43,485 bases of DNA, from the NCBI GenBank assembly GCA_039586365.1, contig JBDHKN010000065.1:1-43485 (forward strand), written 5' to 3'. The stretch comes from Gemmatimonadota bacterium. GTDB lineage: Bacteria > Gemmatimonadota > Gemmatimonadetes > Gemmatimonadales > GWC2-71-9. Both the position numbers and the translations under genes were made by a program. The notes under the pieces were generated by a model. It saw only the letters and a program-made list of their open reading frames with translations. It ran no database searches and was not told the DNA's origin. Positions 36,155 through 43,485 of this stretch are shown here, piece after piece (the stretch's first letter is position 1; each line of letters begins with the position of its first letter).

Positions 36155-37159
36155 CTAAACCAATGCCCCGCCGCACGACGATCCCGCACCGGCCGTGCAG
36201 CCGAAACAGTGATCACCGGTCCTGATGGCGCGGCCGACAACAGTAGCCTGATCGAGACTCTCGATTCGATTGCAACCGAGGATGGGCAGGTCCAAAGCGA
36301 GGTTGAAGTCACAATCGTAGACGTTCCCGTCCCAGTCTACGCTGATTTGTTGGCGACACATTAGGTTGTCGATGGTCGCTGGGTTGAACGACTCTCTCAG
36401 CAGCGTCATGTACTCGATGCCAGAGCCTGCTGCTCTTAGCTTATCCAAGAACCGCCCGTTGGGCATGTTCGTGATCGTGAGGAGGTGCGTGAATCGTACG
36501 CCGAAACGTTCCTCGAGTTCTCGGTGATAGGTCTCCTCGAGTTCCGCTTGCTCGGGTGGTAGCGACGCACCACCAGGGTTGTAGACCAGGTCGAGCGGGA
36601 GGTCCGGTTTGACGCCGTAGCCGAGTGAGTTCAGCCGCTTGATGACCTCGACGCTCTTCTCGTACGTACCTTTGCCGCGTTGAGCCCGCACATTCTCCTC
36701 GAGATAGCATGGGAGAGATGCCACGAGACGCACGCCGAGATCTCGCAGCAACTCGGGGACGTCCTCGAGACCTGCTTGTTGTAGAACTGTCAGGTTGGAC
36801 CTCAGCCGAACAGGAATGCGCCTCTGCCGCAATGAGGACACGAACCACCTGAACTCTGGATGGAGTTCGGGTGCACCACCGGTTATCTCGACAAGACTGC
36901 ACCGTGTTCTCTCGGCGGCAGCGATAACTTCACGCATCACACGGGGATCCATGCGCTCAGTACGGGTCGGCGAGGCTCGCACGTGACAATGTCTGCATGA
37001 CTGGTTACACGCAAGACCGACATTGACCTGGATCGTCTCGACCTCACGAGCCCTCAAAGCGCCACCGCAGGCCAAGGCAAACTCGTAAGACGACCGATCT
37101 CCCTCTTCCTCGACAGCAACGGCGGTCTTGCCGTGTTCAGCGATGAGCTTGTCGGCCAC
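36155..37159 (-). CDS. arsS: arsenosugar biosynthesis radical SAM protein ArsS (TIGR04167/DUF3641)
   Basis: QVNVGLACNQSCRHCHV, ITGGAPE, ASLPCY, VYNP, LMCR, YDCDFN, HCFGCTAGAGSSCGGAL. Confidence 0.9.
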   Translation of the reverse strand: MADKLIAEHGKTAVAVEEEGDRSSYEFALACGGALRAREVETIQVNVGLACNQSCRHCHVRASPTRTERMDPRVMREVIAAAERTRCSLVEITGGAPELHPEFRWFVSSLRQRRIPVRLRSNLTVLQQAGLEDVPELLRDLGVRLVASLPCYLEENVRAQRGKGTYEKSVEVIKRLNSLGYGVKPDLPLDLVYNPGGASLPPEQAELEETYHRELEERFGVRFTHLLTITNMPNGRFLDKLRAAGSGIEYMTLLRESFNPATIDNLMCRQQISVDWDGNVYDCDFNLALDLPILGCNRIESLDQATVVGRAIRTGDHCFGCTAGAGSSCGGALV

Positions 37160-37230
37160 GTATTCTCCCTTGGAGCATCTGGATCACAGTGAAGGAGTGT
37201 GCTGGTCCCGGATTCGTATCTCGTCCGAAC

Positions 37231-38745
37231 TCAACGCCGCAGCTTGAGAAAAGCAGTGAAAGCCTGCTTCAGAAACGGAGTGAGTCTGGTGCGCATATAG
37301 CTGTCCGCGGTGTGTCGTATCGCTTCGGAGCGTGTGGGATAGGGGTGGATCACGCTCGATATCTTGCCCAGCCCAATACCGTTTTCCATCGCCAGGGTGA
37401 TTTCCGAAATCATGTCCCCGGCGTGCGACGCGACTATCGTGGCGCCGAGGATCTTGTCGCTGCCCTTTCTGGTCAGGACCTTCACGAATCCGTCCTCCTC
37501 ACCTTCGGCGATAGCACGATCGACATCCTTGAATTCCCTCCGGTAGCAGTCATATGCGATTTCGGCTTCATCCGCTTCCCGCTCCGACAGCCCAACGCGA
37601 GCGAGTTCCGGGTCTGTGTAGGTGCTCCACGGCACATTCAGACTGCTGACCTTGCCGCGGCCGAAGAAGAGGGCGTTTCGTATCACCAAACGGGCTGCCG
37701 CATCTGCAGCATGCGTGAACTTGTGTTTCAGACATACGTCGCCGGCTGCGTAGACATTCTTGTTCGTCGTGCGGAGTCGGTCATTGACGAGAACACCTCG
37801 CGGTCCATACTCGATGCCAGCCGCTTCCAGGCCGAGGCCTTCGACATTCGGCATCCGTCCAGCGCCGACGAATACGTCATCGACAGTGATCGAACTCGTC
37901 TCACCTTGGTCTTCAACCACGATTGACTTGCCGCCGGGGCGGGACTCGACTCTCTTGACCGTCGCACCGCACACGACCGAGACACCGTCACGAACCAGGG
38001 CCCGCTCAACCACACTGGCAGCATCCTCATCATCTCGCGGCAGTACCCGCGACCGCTCGAGGATTGTCACTTCCGACCCGAACCGTGCGAAAGCTTGCGC
38101 CAACTCGCATCCGATGGGACCCGCACCAATGAAGGCCATTCGGTCTGGAAGCTCGGTCAAATCGAAGACTGAAAGGTTCGTCAGAAATCCGACCTCACTG
38201 AGTCCCCCAATTCTCGGCACCCACGGACGGCCACCGGTGGCAATCGCCGCCTTCGAAAACCGCAATGTCTTCCCATCCACCTCGATGGTGGTAGGTGACA
38301 CGAATCTGCCCTCGCCAAGAAAGACATCGATGCCGAGCTTAGCGAACCGCTCCGCCGAATCGTGCTCTGCGATGCGCGACCGGATTTCGCGCAACCGCCG
38401 CATAACAGTCGGGAAATCGATCCTCGCGTCGCCAGGCGAGATGCCCGATATCCGGCTCGTGGTGGCCGCGGCTGCTGCCTTGGCAGCTGCGATCAAGCTC
38501 TTGGACGGAACACAGCCGTAGTTCAGGCAGTCGCCGCCAAGAAAATGCTTCTCGACCAGCGCGACTTTTGCTCCGAGCCCTGCTGCTCCCGCAGCGGTCA
38601 CCAGTCCCGCCGTCCCAGCCCCGATGACGGCGAGGTTGTATCTCTCCGCAGGTTGTGGGTTCTCCCAGTCTGTCGGATGGACTCTGGCCACCAGCTCCCG
38701 GTTGAACTCGTCGTCCGGCATTTGCGCGATCTCTTTGTGAATCAT
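37231..38745 (-). CDS. MerA-like pyridine nucleotide-disulfide oxidoreductase (no C-terminal Cys pair)
   Basis: IGAGTAG, GGDCLNYGCVPSK, GAGPIGCE, AAGD, IHPYPT. Confidence 0.9.
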   Translation of the reverse strand: MIHKEIAQMPDDEFNRELVARVHPTDWENPQPAERYNLAVIGAGTAGLVTAAGAAGLGAKVALVEKHFLGGDCLNYGCVPSKSLIAAAKAAAAATTSRISGISPGDARIDFPTVMRRLREIRSRIAEHDSAERFAKLGIDVFLGEGRFVSPTTIEVDGKTLRFSKAAIATGGRPWVPRIGGLSEVGFLTNLSVFDLTELPDRMAFIGAGPIGCELAQAFARFGSEVTILERSRVLPRDDEDAASVVERALVRDGVSVVCGATVKRVESRPGGKSIVVEDQGETSSITVDDVFVGAGRMPNVEGLGLEAAGIEYGPRGVLVNDRLRTTNKNVYAAGDVCLKHKFTHAADAAARLVIRNALFFGRGKVSSLNVPWSTYTDPELARVGLSEREADEAEIAYDCYRREFKDVDRAIAEGEEDGFVKVLTRKGSDKILGATIVASHAGDMISEITLAMENGIGLGKISSVIHPYPTRSEAIRHTADSYMRTRLTPFLKQAFTAFLKLRR

Positions 38746-38749
38746 GCTT

Positions 38750-39469
38750 CTAGCCTGCCGAACGGTAGGTGGCGTAGCGAGTCTCGAGATTATCGGACTC
38801 CGCTTGTTTCAGGCTCCGTCGTGCCGTCCTCACAATGAAAAATATCAGGGCGGAAACGACCGCGAGTGCGCTCAGGAGTGTCCAGGGGAGCTTCCCTTCG
38901 CGTAATGTCGTGACTAAGGCGTCGGCTCCCACGACATAGAGCACGGTTCCTGGCAACATGCACAGCCACGACCAGAACACGTAAGTGGTGAACTGCACCT
39001 TCGTCAGGCCGAAGCCGTAGTTGAGCAGATTGAATGGGAACAGCGGGACGAGCCGCGTAATGGCCACGATGATGGCTCCGTGTCGTTCTGTCATAGCATC
39101 GAGGCGCCTGAATTTGGGGCTCCTCGACAACCAGGTCGATATCGAATCACGGGCGAAATAACGCGCGATCAGGAAACACGCCGCCGCAGCAATCGTGGAA
39201 GCGACACTGACGTAGATCGAGCCCCAGGCCGCTCCGAAGATAGCTCCAGCTGCGACCGTGATCGCGAATCCCGGAATCATCGCGATGACGGCGGCAATGT
39301 AGATGACGCCGAAGACGACCGGTCCCACTGCGCCGAGCGAGACTATCCAGTCGCGCAGTGAACCCAGCCGGTCACCCAGGCCAAGAGCCTTGGCCAGCAC
39401 CATGAGGGCGACCAAGGTCGCGATCAGCGCGAGTGGTTTCACGTGGGTGCGTCGGTTCCCAACTGCCAT
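38750..39469 (-). CDS. TVP38/TMEM64 (VTT/DedA superfamily) membrane protein
   Basis: IPG..ITVAAGAIFG, FLIARYFAR, TRLVPLFPFNLLNYGFGLT; RBS ggagg...gagg. Confidence 0.92.
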   Translation of the reverse strand: MAVGNRRTHVKPLALIATLVALMVLAKALGLGDRLGSLRDWIVSLGAVGPVVFGVIYIAAVIAMIPGFAITVAAGAIFGAAWGSIYVSVASTIAAAACFLIARYFARDSISTWLSRSPKFRRLDAMTERHGAIIVAITRLVPLFPFNLLNYGFGLTKVQFTTYVFWSWLCMLPGTVLYVVGADALVTTLREGKLPWTLLSALAVVSALIFFIVRTARRSLKQAESDNLETRYATYRSAG

Positions 39470-39720
39470 GAATCCTCAGCCTCCGAGTGTGGGCGCTCTT
39501 CTGCTTGCCATACCATTGTGGGATTCGACGTCCAGCCATGAGTTCGGGCGTATGGTTCTCTCGCAGTAGCACGCCTCCTTGCCGAACCAGTACTACTGCC
39601 GCCAATAGTAGGTGACACTGGGGCGAGAGATATTACAGGTGCATGCCTGCGGGTTGCTTTGATCCATCTCCAGCTCGAGCGCTATGTAACTCGACAACCC
39701 AGCCACAACATCACAAATCC

Positions 39721-39885
39721 GTTGGGCACCGAATGTGTTCCAACTCAGCCCAACTGAGCTAAACTCAACGGATCACAGCCCCACCACGCGGTCGCCTAAG
39801 TTCTTACCTGACAATACGTAACGACACTCAACCACGCTCAACGAAGCTCAGCCAAACCCGCTATGTATGAATGAATGGGTTCAGG
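39721..39885 (+). mobile_element. possible decayed integrase attachment site (island border)
   Basis: Two triplets of 10-bp-periodic CTCA-type repeats flank an AT-rich spacer, followed by tgaatgggttcagg, which resembles a tRNA-Pro(GGG) anticodon arm missing one G. Confidence 0.4.
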
Positions 39886-40094
39886 GATCGATACCAAGGA
39901 GCAGCTAGGCGCGGCTGCCGCCCAGAAGCTGCTCAATCTCCTTGCGACGTGGCCCTGGGCCCGGTCGGCAAGGGGCACTATGGCTGCTCAGCTTGACGCA
40001 TGCACGCCCGGCCTGATATACCTCTGAACGGGAGTCCCCCTCCCCGGCGTAGGTGCCTTCCCCGCGCCGAACGACCATCTGTCGTGAGGTCAGC

Positions 40095-43000
40095 ATGCGC
40101 AGCCTAATTCGCTTCTTCGTCGTCACCGCCTTCACATTGGCGCCCGTTCTCCCGGCCGCAGCCCAGTCGTCCGCCGACGCTCCCCCCGACCCGGACCTCT
40201 ACAAGGGGCTGCATTGGCGCCACATCGGTCCCGAAGGGAACCGGTTCAGTGCGGCCGCCGGCATTCCCGGCGACCCACACACGTACTATGTGGGCGCAGC
40301 GTCGGGAGGCGTCTATAAGACCACCGACGGTGGCGTGCACTGGACGGCGGTCTTTGACGATCAGCCCGTGCAGTCCATCGGGGCCCTGGCGGTCTCGCAG
40401 AGCGATCCAAACATCGTCTGGGCCGGCACAGGCGAGGGGAAAATCCGGAGCCACATCTCCCTAGGTCAGGGCGTGTACAAGTCCACCGACGCCGGAGAGA
40501 CTTGGACCCTGATGGGGCTCGAGCAGACGGGACGCATCCCACGCCTGGTGGTGCATCCCCGGGATCCGGATATAGCGCTCGTGTGCGCCCTGGGTCACGC
40601 CTACGGCCCGCAGCAGGAACGAGGCGTCTTCCGCACCGCCGACGGGGGTGTCACGTGGCACCACGCGCTCTTCGTGGACGAAGACACGGGTTGTTCGGAC
40701 CTGGCCATGGATCCGGTGAACCCCCAGGTGCTCTTCGCCGGGACCTGGCAGCTGGAGATCCACACCTGGGGCCGCACCAGCGGTGGGCCCGGGGGCGGAC
40801 TGCACGTCTCACGGGATGGCGGGGTGACCTGGATCCGGCTCTCGGGCAACGGCCTCCCGACGAAGCCAGTGGGCAAGGTGGCCGTCGCCATCGCCCCGTC
40901 GAACAACCAGAGGGTGTACGCCATGTTCGAGACCGGCGACGGCATTCCGTGGAACGGGCAGCCGACGGAAAGCGGCCAACTGTGGCGATCGGAGGACGGG
41001 GGGCGCCGGTGGGCACTGGTGAACCGGGATCGCAACGCCATGGGGCGGGCCCACTACTACTCGCGCGTGGTGGTGGCCCCAGATGATCAGGACGAGGCGT
41101 ACTTCCTGACGGCCTCGTTTGCCCGCTCCATCGACGGAGGACTCACCTTGAACGTTGTACCCCGGGGACAGGCTCCCGGTGGGGACCACCACGACATGTG
41201 GATCGACCCCATCGATGGGGACCGGATGATCGTGGCCCACGACCAGGGCCTCTCCATTTCCATCAACCGCGGTGAGACGTGGTTCCGCCAGCGCCTCACC
41301 AACGCCCAGATGTACCACGTCACCGTGGACAACATGATCCCCTACAACGTCCTGGGAAACAAGCAGGACGAGCCCACCTACCGGGGACCGAGCAACAGCC
41401 GGAGCAGAGGGATCGCCCGGGGCATGTGGCACTCGGTGGGGGGTGGCGAGAGCGGGTGGGCGACTCCTGATCCCGAGGACCCCAACATCATCTGGTCCTC
41501 GGCCTCGGGATCCGGGATGGTCGGGGGTATCGTCGTGCGCTTCGAGGAGGACCGCCGGCAGTTCCGGAACGTGGAAGTCTGGCCCCAGCAGAGCCGCGGT
41601 CCCGCCGAGGGCGTCAGGTACCGCTTCGTATGGGACGCTCCGATCCACATATCGCCCCACGACCGCCACACCGTCTATGTCGGTAGCCAGCACGTGCATC
41701 GCACGCGGGACGATGGTCAGAGCTGGCAGGTTATCAGTCCGGACCTCACCCTCAACGACGGGAGCCGGATGGGGAGCTCGGGAGGGCTCACACCGGACAA
41801 CATCGGAGTGGAGTATGCCGGGGTGGTGTACGCCATCGCTGAATCTCCTCTGGAGCGGGGGCTGATCTGGGTGGGCACCAACGACGGGCTCGTCCAGCTC
41901 ACCCGCGACGACGGTGCTAGCTGGACCAACGTCACGGAGAATCTCCCGGACCTTCCGCCCTGGGGAGCGGTTCGGAGCATCGTGCCGTCCCGCTACGATC
42001 CCGCCACGGCCTACCTGTCTGTGGACTTCCACCAGATGAACAACCGGGATCCATACGTATACCGGACCACCGACTACGGCCGCACCTGGCGAGCCATCAC
42101 CAACGGCATTCCAAGGAGCATGCTCAGCTACGCCAAGGTCATTGCCGAGGATCGGGTCCGCCCCGGGCTCCTCTACCTGGGGACCGAGAACGCCATCTAC
42201 GTGTCCTTCGACGCTGGCGACCATTGGCAGCCGCTGCAGAACGACCTGCCCCACGCGCCGGTGTCCGGTATCGTCATTCAGGAGCACTTCAACGATCTGG
42301 TCATCTCAACCTACGGGAGGGGGTTCTGGATTCTCGACGACCTGACGCCCCTGCAGCAGTTGACGCCTGAGGTGATGTCCGCGGCAGCCCATCTCTTCCC
42401 GCCCCGGGCGGCCTACCGATTCCGTACCATCACCCCGATATCGACGACATACGACGATCCCACCACGGGCGAGGATCCGGAGTACGGCGCTGCCATCAAC
42501 TACTGGCTCAGCGCTCCGGCGGCGTCGACCCCGAAGATCACCATCCTCGACGAGGCCGGTGAGGTCGTGCGTACCCTCGACGGCACGAACGTCGCCGGCA
42601 TCAACCGCATCCACTGGGATCTCGAGGACGAGCCCAGCACTCAGGTGCAGCTCCTGACCAGGCCGATGTACGCGGAGCATATCGCGGTGGGCCCGGAAGG
42701 ACGCAACGCCCCGGGCACTTCCCGCCTGTCGCTTCTAATGCCTCCCGGAGACTACACCGTGCGGCTCACCGTGGGTGAAGTGGAGCAAACCCAGCCCCTC
42801 ACCGTACACAAGGATCCGAACTCCGGCGGGAGTGAGGTCGAGATCGACGAGCAGCTGGCCCTGCTCGAGGCCATCAAGGGAAGCATGGAGGAGGCCGCTG
42901 CAGCGGTGCATCGTATTGAAGCGGTGCGGGTGCAGCTGGCCGGGATCCGGCGGGTCGTGACGGATGAGGAGGCGGTGGCGGCGATGGATGCGCTGACCGA

Positions 43001-43292
43001 GAAGCTAGTGGACCTCGAGATGAAGCTGGTCGACCTGCGGCTAACCGGCCAGGGCCAGGACGGGGTACGCTTCGACTCCCGTCTGGTCGGGAAACTGGGG
43101 TACCTGGCCGGCGGCTTGGCTGGCGGGGACTTCAGGCCGACAGATCAGCAGGTGGAGGTGCAGGAGATCCTTGCCGGGCAGCTCCGGGAGCATCTGCGGG
43201 CTCTCGACGGTCTCATGAGCGAGGACCTCGCTGACCTCAACGCACAGCTCCGTGCCAAGGGGGTGCCGAACATCGGGGGTGGGGGAGGCTAG
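40095..43292 (+). CDS. secreted BNR/VPS10 (sortilin-like) beta-propeller glycosyl hydrolase-like protein
   Basis: Signal peptide (MRSLIRFF...AAAQ), WRHIGP, many S/T-x-D-x-G-x-T-W Asp-boxes, GGDHHDMWIDP, STYGRGFWILDD, C-terminal coiled coil. Confidence 0.88.
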   Translation: MRSLIRFFVVTAFTLAPVLPAAAQSSADAPPDPDLYKGLHWRHIGPEGNRFSAAAGIPGDPHTYYVGAASGGVYKTTDGGVHWTAVFDDQPVQSIGALAVSQSDPNIVWAGTGEGKIRSHISLGQGVYKSTDAGETWTLMGLEQTGRIPRLVVHPRDPDIALVCALGHAYGPQQERGVFRTADGGVTWHHALFVDEDTGCSDLAMDPVNPQVLFAGTWQLEIHTWGRTSGGPGGGLHVSRDGGVTWIRLSGNGLPTKPVGKVAVAIAPSNNQRVYAMFETGDGIPWNGQPTESGQLWRSEDGGRRWALVNRDRNAMGRAHYYSRVVVAPDDQDEAYFLTASFARSIDGGLTLNVVPRGQAPGGDHHDMWIDPIDGDRMIVAHDQGLSISINRGETWFRQRLTNAQMYHVTVDNMIPYNVLGNKQDEPTYRGPSNSRSRGIARGMWHSVGGGESGWATPDPEDPNIIWSSASGSGMVGGIVVRFEEDRRQFRNVEVWPQQSRGPAEGVRYRFVWDAPIHISPHDRHTVYVGSQHVHRTRDDGQSWQVISPDLTLNDGSRMGSSGGLTPDNIGVEYAGVVYAIAESPLERGLIWVGTNDGLVQLTRDDGASWTNVTENLPDLPPWGAVRSIVPSRYDPATAYLSVDFHQMNNRDPYVYRTTDYGRTWRAITNGIPRSMLSYAKVIAEDRVRPGLLYLGTENAIYVSFDAGDHWQPLQNDLPHAPVSGIVIQEHFNDLVISTYGRGFWILDDLTPLQQLTPEVMSAAAHLFPPRAAYRFRTITPISTTYDDPTTGEDPEYGAAINYWLSAPAASTPKITILDEAGEVVRTLDGTNVAGINRIHWDLEDEPSTQVQLLTRPMYAEHIAVGPEGRNAPGTSRLSLLMPPGDYTVRLTVGEVEQTQPLTVHKDPNSGGSEVEIDEQLALLEAIKGSMEEAAAAVHRIEAVRVQLAGIRRVVTDEEAVAAMDALTEKLVDLEMKLVDLRLTGQGQDGVRFDSRLVGKLGYLAGGLAGGDFRPTDQQVEVQEILAGQLREHLRALDGLMSEDLADLNAQLRAKGVPNIGGGGG

Positions 43293-43322
43293 GATTATCC
43301 CGGGCGGGAGGCGTCGCCCAAC

Positions 43323-43485
43323 CTAGCTGGTATCGAGAGGCATGCTTCGCAGGTCGTAGACCGCAACTGTCGCGGCGTCCCGACAGAATGCGTACTGCTC
43401 TCGCCCCTGGGCTGCCCTGAGAGCGCGTAGCGACTTCATCAGCATGTCGTCAGGATTTCTTATGACGTGCTCGGTCAGGCTCGCG
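43323..43485 (-). CDS. possible 3' end of a CDS running off the window
   Basis: Open minus frame ASLTEHVIRNPDD...YDLRSMPLDTS*; no recognisable motif. Confidence 0.35.
   Translation of the reverse strand, partial: ASLTEHVIRNPDDMLMKSLRALRAAQGREQYAFCRDAATVAVYDLRSMPLDTS

Noticed and set aside
36155..36215. Selenocysteine in the ArsS C-terminal SS(C/U)GG motif
   Set aside because: The codon is TGC (Cys) and the ORF has no in-frame TGA
37231..38745. True mercuric reductase / mer operon
   Set aside because: No C-terminal Cys-Cys pair, no NmerA domain and no merR/T/P; the context is the arsS cluster
39860..39900. Intact tRNA gene
   Set aside because: Only an anticodon-arm-like 14-mer; no D arm, TTCRA T-loop or acceptor stem
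751..42287. Long alternative-frame ORFs (e.g. 751-2028, 6580-7665, 24531-25472, 40809-42287)
   Set aside because: Shadow ORFs overlapping well-supported genes, expected in GC-rich DNA, with no motifs

Overview
A GC-rich bacterial window. The gene content (PadR plus ADOP/MacB-like permeases, TolB-N/TPR Hanks kinases, a BNR/VPS10-type hydrolase) suggests Gemmatimonadota or a related group; this is inference. Left to right: a B12-binding radical SAM enzyme with a STAS-like tail; two divergent PadR-permease modules with visible operators and a duplicated relic between them; a Ser/Thr kinase with a CxxC in its activation loop; an ECF sigma/zinc anti-sigma pair facing a Met-rich membrane protein; and a beta-barrel. 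A block from about 15 to 40 kb looks devoted to light and oxidative stress and lipophilic metabolites: DUF2141; an operon of FAD oxidoreductase, methyltransferase, SRPBCC cyclase and a single FabF-like KS with a divergent MenG/UbiE; small protein-thioredoxin-peroxiredoxin; a stand-alone PAC-type BLUF protein abutting a kinase-AAA-TPR protein; tspO; DUF2177; crtYIB; crtE-ABC transporter-crtZ; and an arsenosugar-type operon (TVP38, MerA-like, ArsS, TIGR04282, TIGR04283). A 135-bp direct repeat brackets 19.7 kb of this block, and a possible decayed att site sits at its right edge. CrtY has an in-frame deletion in its FAD-binding fold. No intact tRNA, rRNA, CRISPR array, transposase or integrase was seen. 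All family calls come from motif recognition by eye, with no database search.
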